A stretch of 61,224 nt of DNA, the filler included, from Sphacelaria rigidula (Eukaryota): the NCBI GenBank assembly GCA_964200075.2. It is 6 parts of 6 records of this genome, joined end to end, with 100 filler letters (N's around TTAATTAATTAA, not from the genome) between each part and the next. Parts side by side here need not be neighbours in the genome. Positions count along the whole stretch, not along the records: positions 40,885 to 51,004 come from CAXNAA020007095.1; positions 51,105 to 61,224 come from CAXNAA020007096.1; 4 more parts are not named here. The stretch is one strand, 5' to 3'. Made by a program: the position numbers and the translations under genes. Positions within the stretch are counted from its first letter, which is position 1, and each line of letters begins with the position of its first letter. The notes beneath the pieces are model-generated. The model ran no database searches and was not told where the DNA came from. It saw nothing but the letters and a program-made list of their open reading frames with translations. Of this stretch, positions 49,445 through 61,224 are shown in pieces.

Positions 49445-50190
49445 ACCGTAGGTGAGGTACCGTACCGAGCGTACCCCCGCATATACCAGGGTATCCCATA
49501 CCGTGGTATGCGTGGGTATCGTAGATATGATGTTTGAAAATACCCGATTGGGCGGTTACTGTAGATATTGATATCTCGAAATACCGTGGTATGCGTGGGT
49601 ATCGTAGGTATGAATTTTGAAAATCCCCGATTGAGCGGGTACGGCAGGTGCTAAAACCTTGAAATACCGTGGTGTTGCAGGTATCGTAGGTGCGACTTTT
49701 GAAAATACCCGATTGGGCGCGTACGGTAGGTATTGAAATCTCGAAATATCGTGGTATGCGTGAGTATCGTAGGTATGGCATTTGAAAATACCCGATTGAG
49801 CGGGTACGGCAGGTGCTGAAACCTTGAAATACCGTGGTGTTGCAGGTATCGTAGGCATGGCTTTCAAAAATACCCGATTGGGCGGGTACGGTAGGTATTT
49901 AAATATAGAAATGCAGTGGTATCGTGGGTATCGTAGGTACGTCATTTGAAATACCCGATCGAGCGGGTGCGGTAGGTATTGACATATCGAAATACCGTAG
50001 TGTCGCAGGTATCGTAGGTATGCCTTTCAAAAATACCCGATGGGGCGGGTACGGTAGGTATTGAAATATAGAAATGCAATGGTATCGTGGGTACCGTAGG
50101 TATGACATTTGAAAATACCCGATTGGACCGGTATCGGTAGCGTATGAAATGTCGAAAATACCGGGACCGGGTACCTACCTTACCTACGGT
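49445..50190. mobile_element. TIR element filled by an ~82-bp tandem array (about 8 units)
   Basis: TIR accgtaggtgaggta / taccttacctacggt; units at 49501, 49584, 49667, 49749, 49832, 49914, 49995 and 50077. Confidence 0.85.
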
Positions 50191-50764
50191 GTCTGTGTAA
50201 TGCTGTTGAACACTAAGCAGAGGCATCAGCAGCATGCAGTAAATTGTGTTCAGTGGAGAACGATGGCACGATGGCTGTTTCTTGCCGTTGTATCCAGCGG
50301 AAATATACCGCACACATCCTGACTACGCTTTCGATCGCACGGTCGAAACTGGTCAGCGGTTCTCCGGAACTACTTTCTATATAGGTGCCCAGGATCCACA
50401 TGATGAAAAAGGGCGTTTTGAGTAGCGAGAAAAGATCTGTCCTGAACCCCAGATGTGGCATAGTCCATCTCACTCCACCTGCGGGGGGTTGCTGTCCAAG
50501 GGTTAATAATCTTCTCCTCGTGCCGTCTGCATTAATATTGTACTCGCAACCTCATGTGGATACTGTCAGTCAGGGGTACAACTTGGAGTAATGCATATGA
50601 TGAAGTTCACGGAATGATTGGAGTGACAAGTCTATTTTTCTACCCCGCACATGGTAGTGTACACACATGAACTATTTTGATCGTGAGAAATACTCTTGGT
50701 ACCACTGTGAACTACTCTACTTCCGTGCTCGTCATCCCCCTACTACTATACTGTAAAAACGTTT

Positions 50765-50895
50765 TCATGGTGTCTTGTCTCCCATATAAGCACCACGTAG
50801 TACAGTCATCTTCCTTGAGCGGAATTCGGATTCTCCACCGCGAACAACATGATATAGCTCAACCACCATCACGGCTACCGCAAAAAAAATGAGCA
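50765..50895 (+). repeat. Diverged internal fragment of family E
   Basis: caccacgtagtac...acatgat...gctc.acca.catca.ggctaccgcaaaaaaaa matches about 38910-39035. Confidence 0.6.
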
Positions 50896-51004
50896 ATCAG
50901 CGGCGGCGAGGGGGGGGGGGGGGGGCTTACCCTGTTTTTGTTTTTTTCAGGCGTTTGCCCACTGCCCCCCCACCTTTTTTCCGATGGCAAACCCCCCCTC
51001 TCCC

Positions 51005-51104
51005 NNNNNNNNNNNNNNNNNNNNNNNNNNNNNNNNNNNNNNNNNNNNTTAATTAATTAANNNNNNNNNNNNNNNNNNNNNNNNNNNNNNNNNNNNNNNN
51101 NNNN
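51005..51104. other. Artificial contig linker
   Basis: N44-TTAATTAATTAA-N44. Confidence 0.97.
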
Positions 51105-51188
51105 AGCCCCCCCACGCGACCATTCGAGAAAAAAAGCGGGGCCTCTCCCCCCCCCCCCCCCCCTTCGGCAACGAAAAACCCAGCTCAC

Positions 51189-54100
51189 ATTCGCACACGC
51201 GTCCAGTACACAATTGAAGCTCATCACTCCTGGTTCAATGTCGTTAAGTTGCATGTCGCGTAGCAGTTCGAGTGCTTTGTCAGCTCGCCCGGCTTTGCTG
51301 CACGCATCCAGCGCAGCGTTATAGCTCACCTGCGGGAAGAACCATGGAGAAGGCATGGAAAACCCATGTGCCCAACACAGGGATCGTTAGGATAATCGAA
51401 AATATGTACTACAATAAACGTACACATGACTGCCCAGTATTCTGGCAAGCATTTCGGCGTACTTAGTCCACCCTCCCTCTCTGAAAGTGACCCCATCGCT
51501 CACACGGGATTGGGACAACACAACGCTTTCACTCCCAGGCCAGGGTTCGGATGTCAACGTCACGCACTACATGTAGTCACGCGTGTTCTTCAGTGCTGCA
51601 TGCGCGCGCTCATTTGTTCGTTATGTGCGCGGGCCATTTGACAGCGGAACTCTGTGCCACTACCCCACACTGTGGCGAATACTGAACATATGTTGTTTGA
51701 CGTGAGCTCTGTCGAGAGCGCATCAAGTGGCGGCGACTAAACAGCATGCACATGTTACCCACGTGAACAGGGCCAACACGGGCTGTGTGCCCTTGGCACT
51801 ATCTCGGAGATATACGCGCTGCGGATATTCCACCATCTAGATGCACCGTCTGTTCGGTGCCTGAGACGTGTCGCTTATCCAGTATTTAACGTCATGTATT
51901 CGGCGGGGACAGCGTTCGCTTCAACATGCATTGAGCGCTACCTGCCACTCAGACATATTCGGATGTGGCATCGGGAGAGTGACAAGAACAAAATTCTGCT
52001 GGATTTGCTGTTGAACTGAAGGGCCGTGACCGACCTCATCAGGGGCGACTCCTGCCTTTTCCATGGTAGACAGTAGTAGGATTGCTCGCTCCCACTCCCC
52101 CGCCTTTGCCAAGGCGTCGATCCCACCGTTATAACTGCGGCAAAAATAAGACGAAGAGACCCACGAACGCGACCCATGAACACGATTGCAAAAAATTCAG
52201 AGCGGAGTCGTTGCATCGAATAGCAAGTACTTGCGGCTCATGTGCTGGCCCGTATAAATCATTACGCAATGACCGTCGATCGGCAGTTTTCCACGCACTA
52301 AGCCAGCAATAAAAAGGAGGTTGACGTATGTTCATCCCCTCATGCCGGGGTACCATTTTTTTCGACAGCGGCATTAGTTATCTCTCCGAGCTTGTTGTCA
52401 GTCATTCTACCTGAAAATATCGGGAAGAACTCCAGCCTTGGGCATGACATCCAGTAATTGCAGCACCGTCTTCCATTCACCATGTCGCGCGCAGGCATGG
52501 ATAGTGAGCCCGAATGCCAAGGTGTTAGCGCTGCGGTAGATCGTATGACAAACAAGATGGAGAGTGTCAAAACGACCAGAGGTCAGTTCAGGAAATATTT
52601 CAACTCCATGGCCGTGTTACCCGAAGCCCTGCCCAGACATCAAGCTGCTCATCTTGGAGCAAACAGCTGCAATTTCGGCGTACTTCCAGCATCATGTAGT
52701 AGTCGAACATGTGCTTGGCCATCGCCAAACTTGACCCACGCACTCGCATGGCTACGGAGGAAGGTTAGAGCTATTCAGCACACGCTAGAGGAAAACATGC
52801 TAGGCGAGCAGTAGAGCGAGGTGTTCACAAAGAGGGAATGAGGTACAAAATTCACTAATGCCGTCCGTCACTTTACAGTTGAACGAAAACACTCACGGTT
52901 TGTACTCACGGTATTCCCGCATGGAGCATCTGCTTCAGATAAAATAATGTCAGCTCCCATTTTCCCGCCTTTGAACAAGCATCAATCAGCGAGTGATACG
53001 AGCTCTTGTTTGGACGCGCACCCCAGCGTTTCATCCTGTCAACCAAAGCCGCGGCATGCTCCCATTGCGCGGCCGTGGCGCACTTGATGCGGGAAGGGCG
53101 GCGAAATAGAAATATCAACGGAGCAAAGAGAGACGCCTCACGCGCTGCATTTTTTGGCCTGTGCATGTACAGCATTCGTCGGTGGCACACTCTGCTTGAC
53201 GATGATGGATACCTCTTCGCGTTCTAAAGGTGCTCAACTGGGTGTTATACCTACACTAAACAATAAAGATGACTGTATGGAAATGCAGCTGGTTATGGAC
53301 ACTCGCGTTTTTTCTGCTCTCACAGACACACAGGCGGTGCCAACAGGTGATAAACCTTGCAATGGGTAACGTCGTCGGCGAAGCAAACAGTGAAGGCAAA
53401 CAACACAACAGAGAGGAGGAGATCGCGGCGACATAGAGAACTGAAGCAGAAGAAGGCGCGCGACTTCACCTTCTTACCGCATCGATTGCAATATTGTACA
53501 GAATGGTGTCCGGCTTGAGGGACTCGCTCGCCAAAGCCTCCAACTCGGCCACTAACCGCAGGGCCTGTTGCCACTGCCCTGCCTTTCCGCACCTGAAGGT
53601 CGGAGCGTGGATTGGAAATGGTGAAAGAACATCTGCGCCGAAGATAACACAGCTACTTGTAGTTCACAATGGTCGTCATGTCTATTAATACCAGCAACAG
53701 CGTCAAGATGCCAGGCCATCCACACTCCCTGCTACTAGTGGTGCTACTTTCTGTGTGAATTCTCCCAGTTGGAACCATGCGGTGTCTAAGGTGACAATAA
53801 ACGAGGTGAGGCATCTTAGATCAGCCCCAGTGTACCTGTACATGCACTCATGGCCACATCGTAAAACTCACCACAAGAACCTTACTTTGGATGACATGCG
53901 GCTCACGTTTCAAGGGACGAAATTGCCACCTTCGGCACAAGTTGATGCATGGAACACACACGCACATGCATGATCACTTCACTTCACCGCCCTACCCCCT
54001 CTCCAGGCCAAAGTAAGATAAAACGGCAAAAGCTTAGGAAATATGTAAAGTCACGGGACTATGTGTAGTTCAGCCAGAGCTATTAATAGAAAAAATAACA

Positions 54101-57100
54101 ATCCTTCCTGTGAAGCAGCACATACAACATCACACACTCGAAAAGGGGGGCATATTAACCTCCGAATACGAGAAACATGCACAAGAAACCGTAAAACGCA
54201 ACACATCCTGCCCCTGGAAACACCAATAAATTCGTTGTGCATTGCAGGAGGTCAGCGGTTTATGCAGAGACCAGGAGACAATTTCCGAGAGAATATACGC
54301 GAGTTCATAGTTTATTATCCCCCATCTTGTTGAGGGATATTGGGCTTCAAATGAGTGAACAATTGCGCTTCAAATGAACGTTCTTGGGATGCCAGCGGTT
54401 TGTGTGGTTAGTGCCGTATCACGATGCACTCTGACTAAATAACGTACAAAATAGACTCTGATGAGGTACATGGGCCCAAAACGATGAAGCCTGGCCCGAC
54501 AATAACGCTGGTCGTTATGCATTCAAGTACAGCAAATATGCTCAAACTACGGCACAAGGACGATGTCAGTGAAGATATAACGTTGGTAGGAACCCCGTCT
54601 TGCACTTGCACATGAACGTGTGAGAGCGGTGAAAGGGAAACAAACATGCATGCTGCGCTCTGTTTGCTCGAGGCGCGGGTGTCACACTTCGCCGTTGTTG
54701 ATTTTCCCAATATTTCCGAGTGAAGACGTAAATTTCGATGCGCGTGTGGGTGCACCATCGTTATCGCACCTGGATCACCTCAGGGTATACGAGGCACCAT
54801 TCCTGGTGCTGTGCCCTGCCAGGATTGTTTCACCTGTATATAGATCTTCCACGTGGAAATGTGGGTGATAAAAGGGCGAACGCTTGAAAAATAAGAATCT
54901 GCATGACTCACGCGTCAATGGCAGTCCCCCAGTTGTGAACGTTTGGTTCCACACCGAAGGCTCGCATGTCGTCGAGAGTATGCAGAGCGAGCTGCCACCG
55001 CCCTGCCTGAAGCAGGATGCGAAACAAACGAGATGGCAAGTGGTGGTCGTGCTGGAGTAAAAAAACGTGGCCATCCACGTAGTACGACAGTCCAAATACG
55101 TGAGCCAGCCTGCTTCATGGTCGCCATTTTTTCTTGTCTTTCTTTCTGAAGGATGGAGCACGTAACGCCACAAAAATCAGTTGCGCAACCAGAGTGTGGG
55201 GGCATCACCCTCGTATGAAAAATGCAACAACCTATTAAGGTCCCGTACTCGAGCGGCACCCAACGCGTTGTTGTCATGAAGGATGCAAAGAGAACGATGG
55301 CCGACGACACACAGAGAAACACGCACAGATAACATGTTGAACTATTCAAAGAGTATCGGAGTACGTTGAGCAGCAACAGGCAGCGTAATTACTGTGACTG
55401 ATGAGACCTATCACATGCAAAACCCGCGAGGCAGCCAAGCAAGGCAGTCACGTTTCGCACAGCGCCAACCAACGCATGACACGCTCTGCGCTTAAACGCA
55501 CAACGCGAAAACACTCGAGTACGAAAAACAGACGGACCCGGTATCTACAGCATAAAGTATAGTGTCAGAACTCGCCCGACTGCCACACCGCGGGAGATCC
55601 ACCACACTGGAGCACGATTCATGCATGTGAGTAAGCGATTAAAGTGAACGCTGTTGCCGTGAACGCTGTTGCAGTGAATGCAATTGCAGTAATCGGTCGA
55701 TCAGCAGTACCTTGGCGCACGCGTTAATGAGCGAGTCGTAGCTGTGCTGATTTGGCCGGATCCCTTGAGCCTTCATCTCCGTCATCACCACCTGGGCTTG
55801 TTGACACTCTCCGACCTTCCCACACTAACGTGCAAGGGCGATTTCAAAAGGGGCGGAGTGAAGACAGGCGTCAGATGCAACGTACTTGACCGGAGATTTT
55901 CACTTAGACATCAGACTTCAAGCTGGAGCGGAGGTAATAAAAGAGGTGCATAAATCACACAGGAGCGACCGTACCCATCGTGGAACAACCATGACACAAC
56001 CCTGTGGCTGCAACGTTTCATGAGGTACGTCGTTCTGAACCCTGCTTCGCCTAAGAAGGGTATTCACGAGGCAGCTGGATCACACACAAGGAAACAACGC
56101 GTGCACTTCGATATTTCAAACCCAAGCAGTAGCAAAATATATAGCATTATCGTCGAGAAATGCTCGTCTCACCGCTGCGAGCACGGTGCTGTAGCTAATC
56201 ATGTCGGGTTCAACGCCATCGTCCTTCATAGTTTTAAGCATTTCCGTGGCCTTCTGCCATTCGCCTTTCCCAGTGTACCTGTGATGCAACGAGTACATCA
56301 CACGGAAATTCTTACCGAGTAGCCGCTAATGCTGTGATGCTTTGGCGAAATGAACCTCGTAGCAGTTCGTGCTACTGAGCTCTGAATCCCGAGACGCCCA
56401 ACCATTCCCGCGCGAGACGCAGGAAGGCTGCCACACTGCAGATATTGATGGAGACGGCTACAGCATGTAACTCCACATACCCATGCAAAGCGGCGTTGTA
56501 GGTGAAGATGTCTCTCGAGACCCCCATGTCTTTCATCTGCATCAGCAGTCCCACCGCTTTATCCACCTTGATCCATCCGTCGATGCCGCGTACGAACAGA
56601 TCACAGGAACATACGTGCAGCATCAGCAATGGTAGCAGACAAACAAGAGATGGAACAGTGGAGGTCTCAACAGTGTGGAAGAGATTCTGCTCAGCACAAT
56701 AAAAAATTACTAGAAAACGAGCGATGAATCAAGGGCAGCGTGGTACTGCTCCCCGCGACTTGTTTCCCATCGGTTACATATTACTTTAGAGTGATGATCA
56801 TCATAGATATCAACTTTCAGCTTCTTTTTGCTAGCAACATGAATAACACAAGCAGGCGACTGAAGATGCTCGGCCGTTATGGTATGCCCATGACGATCTG
56901 TGCCATAAGTGCATTTCGAGATGCACGGAGCTGGATCAACATGGACGGTCAGCCACTAAACTGCATGACTATTTGCCACAACTCACTTCTCCACCCTTGG
57001 AGTGTGCCTCTATGAGACCGGTGAATGTGAAGTTATCCATTTTGATGCGGTACTCTTGCATCTTGTCTTTTAGCTGGTTGGCCTCTTGCCATCTGTCAGG

Positions 57101-57471
57101 ATAAAACGGTGCAAACGAAGCAAGTTTGGGAGTGGCCTGGGACAAGAAAACACGAAGTGATACAACCGTACTCTCAAGTTATTATTGCGCTGACACACGA
57201 AAAGCGTGGCTCAGAGAGCATAGTGAGTTCGCCTCCGGGGACACGTGGACGACACGTATGAACAGGTGCTACTATCCTACACCACATCTACGGTGCTTGA
57301 CCTTCCGCTTTTGGCGAGAGAGCTGATAGCAGCGTTGAACACCTGGACGTTCAGGGGAATGTCTGTAGCTGCAAGCTCCGCAAAAAGAGACATCACTTCG
57401 GACCACTGTCCCGTAGACCCGAGTCTTTTGACTGTTTTCATAAACGTCTGCCGCCGGTTCCTTCCCGCTAC
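51189..57471 (-). CDS. P-type pentatricopeptide repeat (PPR) protein, partial, 11 exons, about 12 motifs
   Basis: Exons 57471-57302, 57092-56987, 56566-56481, 56278-56173, 55824-55711, 55006-54912, 53592-53478, 53082-52910, 52530-52411, 52134-52035 and 51329-51189 join in phase at GT-AG into consecutive 35-aa motifs such as EVSYNAALDACSKAGRADKALELLRDMQLNDIEPG; runs off the contig; 5' exons unresolved. Confidence 0.92.
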
Positions 57472-59815
57472 CTGATCGGTCGACAGCAGGACGTGACAGG
57501 GCAACGGGATCGCGCATTAAATGTACAACAAGAATTTCACGCCTGGGTCGAGGAGTACTGCAAACTAGCGTCTGAGACTTCTTACTATGGGTACGAGCAT
57601 AAAAAATACAATTGTATACAAACAATTGCCATCTACGAGCGTCTGGGTGTTGACTCTTGCTCGAAAATGCTCCTTGGTCGAATTGCGCCACCTCGGATAT
57701 GTTTGCTGCACTGTCCGAGAGGATTTTAGCGCAACCCTTCGACTTTTCGTACGCCCTTTCGAGTATTTGGCGAACGAGCGAGTTTTCATTCAGGTCGAGT
57801 AATTCCTAGAGAGGTCTCGAATAAATCATGACACTCACAGCAAAACCATGTTTTGCCCCCCCGGATGAGAAAACGCCATTATACACCGATCACAACTAAA
57901 ACTAGGCGCACGAGAGATCGGTAACGTGCGCTAGAGCCCTCTTGAAGACTACAGGAAGTTTTTCCGAGGTGGCACAACAGTCACAGCCAAACTCCGTATT
58001 CGGGCAAAAATCGCCCCTGAATGACCAAAATAGGCACTCCCGTGGAGATTTCTTTACAACCGTGAAAACTTCGCGGGTACCATTGGTTTACGATTCAAGT
58101 TTCGACCTTCGGTCCTCCGTTCGCGTGTCTGTGGTCGTTGCATAGGATTTGGTGTGCGTTGTGTCTACATGTGTATTCTGGTGTTCATTACGCTCATACA
58201 TGTATGGTCTCCACATATGCAGTCATGTCATCGTTGAAAGCACATGCAAATTAACATCGACCTTGCTGTATTCAGTAAGACAGTACAACATGGTGAAATA
58301 TGAGTTTTCTCAAGATCGACGTTAGCAGCACTATGCATTCTACCCATAATGTATTCGTATGCGGGACATATTCTCTACGGGTAATGCTGCGAGATGGCAT
58401 CAAGCTCAAGAGCAGCTTCATCACGGGAGAGGACCTTCGAGCCGATTGTCAAATACAACGAGCGCAGGGACAGATATAAGCGCTGCAGCGCTTTTTCTCG
58501 ATCCAATCCCTGACGGTGATCGTTTTTTTCACAGTGCTGAAGGTGATTTCCTGCAACCGGGCCTCCAGGAAAGCGAAAAAGTGCTTCAGATGGGCCTCGG
58601 AGAAAAGCGACACCCAATTGAGGCAAAAAAGACTAGATTAGCGCATTTTGGGGGGCAGAAGTTCGCGCGAAAGTGCAGAAATAACATTTTTCCACCGAAA
58701 CAAAAATGTGTTATACATAAAATTACCTCAACGACGGAAGCCAGATTCAGCAAAAAAATACTATTTCGGGATTCGAACTCGTGACCTCCGTAACTGGAGT
58801 CTCCTGTATTAGCCAGATCATCGGGACGTGGGGTTGTCACACAAAAAGTTGCAAGAGCAGCTCATTTGTTCTTGGAATTTTGAGCCGAAAATGTATGAGA
58901 ATATTCTGCACGCAAGTTGAAAATTCTTGATGAAGCGACAGCAGTTCTTTGTTGTTGTCCTGGAATTATAGCATCATCCTCTCTTTTTGTTTTTTCTTCT
59001 CATTGTTGCTTCAATGATCTCCCGCGTATTGTTGACATAAATCTCATCTAAAAAGTTACCTTCCATTTCCTAAAATAAACCACGTGAGGCTCATTGTTAT
59101 CGGCACTGTTTTTTCGGAGATCTCCGATTTTTTTAATAACTTTTCGGACTATGCGTGCAGCCTTCTCCGAAAAAAACGGCTTGATTTATTTTCCGAACCT
59201 TAATTTTTGGACAAGTTAAAAAAAATTGGAATACAACGCAGCACTTCGGAGAGCTGCCTTATGTGTACACCATGGCGCTTGCAAGTATTCGAGAGTCGTC
59301 AGGTACCTTGTCGGTGACACCCTGGGCCTTGTCGGAGAGTAAAAAGCGCCATGGGTTGACGGGAGTGGCGTCCTCTGGCCGGCGATAGCGAGCCGACAAT
59401 GACATCAGCACAGCGTCGGTGATGAAATATCCAAAAGCAACAACAGAGCTCGAAAAAATGGGCCGTTCGGAGCTCTCGAAATTTTTAGAGCTTCTCCGAA
59501 AAACCGTTTCTTCTACTAAAAGGGGCTTAAACATGTACAACTAGGGCTGTGAACTGGCGGCCCTGGCCAGCCAAGTTTATACTGGCCGCGCCAGTGGCTA
59601 GTATAGCATATCGATGTTTTCCCAGTTAATCGGCGCGAGTTCCAATAACGCCCCCCCCGGCTGGTGAGGGGGCCTCGCGGGAGCGCCGTCATTGGTACGA
59701 AAAAATCGGTGTTTGGCTAGTTTTCCATTAAAAAATGTGGATAGTTCGAACAAATGTAACCCCTCACATTGAGGAGCTCAGAGGCTTAGGCCAAATATGT
59801 AATATTATATATACT

Positions 59816-60212
59816 TGAAAAGTGCATTTTTGGCCCGTCTCCGTCGATTTTCGCCCGCAAGAGGGCTGGGCGGATGTTGGCACCTTGAAATGGTTTGCTC
59901 TACTCGTTGAGACCGTTCTAGAGCACCTTCGCGTTTTCCTAAGGGCACAGTTTCGTTTTGGCCAAACTTGCATCTTCGATAACAAACGGTCAAGTTACCG
60001 AAAAACAGTGGGAAAACCTCCATTATTGTGATAACTTGACTGTTGTTGGAAATACAAGTTTCCCAAAAAACGAAACTGTGCCCTCAGGAGAACGCAAAGG
60101 TGCTCTGGAACGGTCTCGACGAGTAGAGCAAGTCGTTCCAAGGTGCCAACATCCACCTAGCCCTCTTTGCGGGCGAAAATCAATGGAGAAGGGAAAAAAA
60201 GGCACTTTTCAA
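59816..60212. mobile_element. Foldback MITE family F
   Basis: About 180-bp inverted arms tgaaaagtgc...gtcaagtta / taacttgac...gcacttttca; homologous to 10941-11452. Confidence 0.8.
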
Positions 60213-61224
60213 CAAGATTAAGAAAAAAAACATGAATAGCCTTATATGACATTTAAATCCATTCAAAGCGGTGAGCGATTCGAAAATCATTAATCTGTAG
60301 CATGTTGTAGCAGATTCTCCGTTAGGAGCGGAGGATGGGAACAAGGAAGTCAAGGCTGGAAGCACGTGGGAAAAAGAGCGCAAAATTATTTACGTCCGGA
60401 TCCACAAACACGCATGCAACTGAACAGCAAGCCATGGTGTATTATGTATTTTGTGGTCGCGGACTACCGTGTGGCATTTTTGTTTTCGGATGTCGTGCGA
60501 TGAAACGACTAACCTCGGCATATATCCGCTATATCACTTCGAGGTGTAATGAACATGTGCTGCACCACGTTCAAAACGCTCTTCATCATGCAATTGGCAA
60601 TTGGCAACTGGGAAATGGCGTTCGGCAGTTCCGCATCAAGCGTCCCGCCGTATATGTCACAACTCCTTTTTCTTCTTTCGTTTTGCTCATTCGACGGACC
60701 AGCCGTCGACCTACACGCTACGGTCGAAAACAACGGAAACTGCAGAACCACGAGGTATCAAGGAAGCAGACGTGACAAAAAAAAACAAGAAAACACCTGA
60801 AGTAGTCAGCCAGTGACTGGACCAGGGCAAACCCGTTCTTCACGTGCTATGGTACTACCACAGAACGCCAGACCTATGCTGTACAAGTCGACCGAAACAC
60901 GGAAGAGGAAGCATGAGGCTGTGTACCGCTGCGTCACGCGTCATTTTCTTTTACGTGAACAAATTCCGCCGACGCCTTCGAAGCGCCCTCCGTCTCGATT
61001 GATACTCCATATCTCTCTGCAACTGTGAAGTGCAGGGCTTGATCGTACAGTCATTGTACGTGTATAGTGGTGTAATTATATTTACTATGAAGTCATGATA
61101 CTGAAATTGGTACATAAATATCCAGTAACGGCAAAGCTCAAATAAACTGGAGAAACTGATCATACGTCGGACGAGCCATCTCTCGTCGAAACGAGTGCAC
61201 TCGTTGATGTTTTTCGAAAACACA

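Noticed and set aside
49425..50313. Repeat-protein ORFs
   Set aside because: Units of 81-83 bp do not keep frame; non-coding tandem array
57560..58500. 5' exons of the PPR gene
   Set aside because: A phase-compatible candidate (ELLDLNENSLVRQILERAYEK..., about 57805-57692) exists, but alternatives cannot be excluded and no start was fixed
1..61224. Multi-gene system linking EsV-1-7, PPR, SGNH and retroelement genes
   Set aside because: They lie on different artificially joined pieces

Overview
Eukaryotic, repeat-rich nuclear DNA, most likely a brown alga (Phaeophyceae). This is inferred from an EsV-1-7 repeat gene and intron-rich GT-AG genes with short exons. The window is not one locus. It is six pieces of 10122, 10121, 10121, 10120, 10120 and 10120 bp joined by identical 100-bp N44-TTAATTAATTAA-N44 linkers, so neighbourhoods across linkers should not be interpreted. 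Supported genes: a partial At5g03900-like plastid protein gene (3 exons), an EsV-1-7 cysteine-repeat array (10 repeats in an open frame plus about 4 broken ones upstream), an SGNH-hydrolase-fold gene (7 exons) and a P-type PPR gene (11 exons, about 12 motifs). The rest is mainly mobile and repetitive DNA: decayed LTR-retrotransposon gag-protease and integrase pieces, a tRNA-derived SINE, many MITE and foldback families, a nested Harbinger-like insertion, an unclassified ~600-bp dispersed and tandem family, short satellites and a near-perfect hairpin. No CRISPR array, rRNA or intact tRNA was found. All assignments are by eye; no database search was run.
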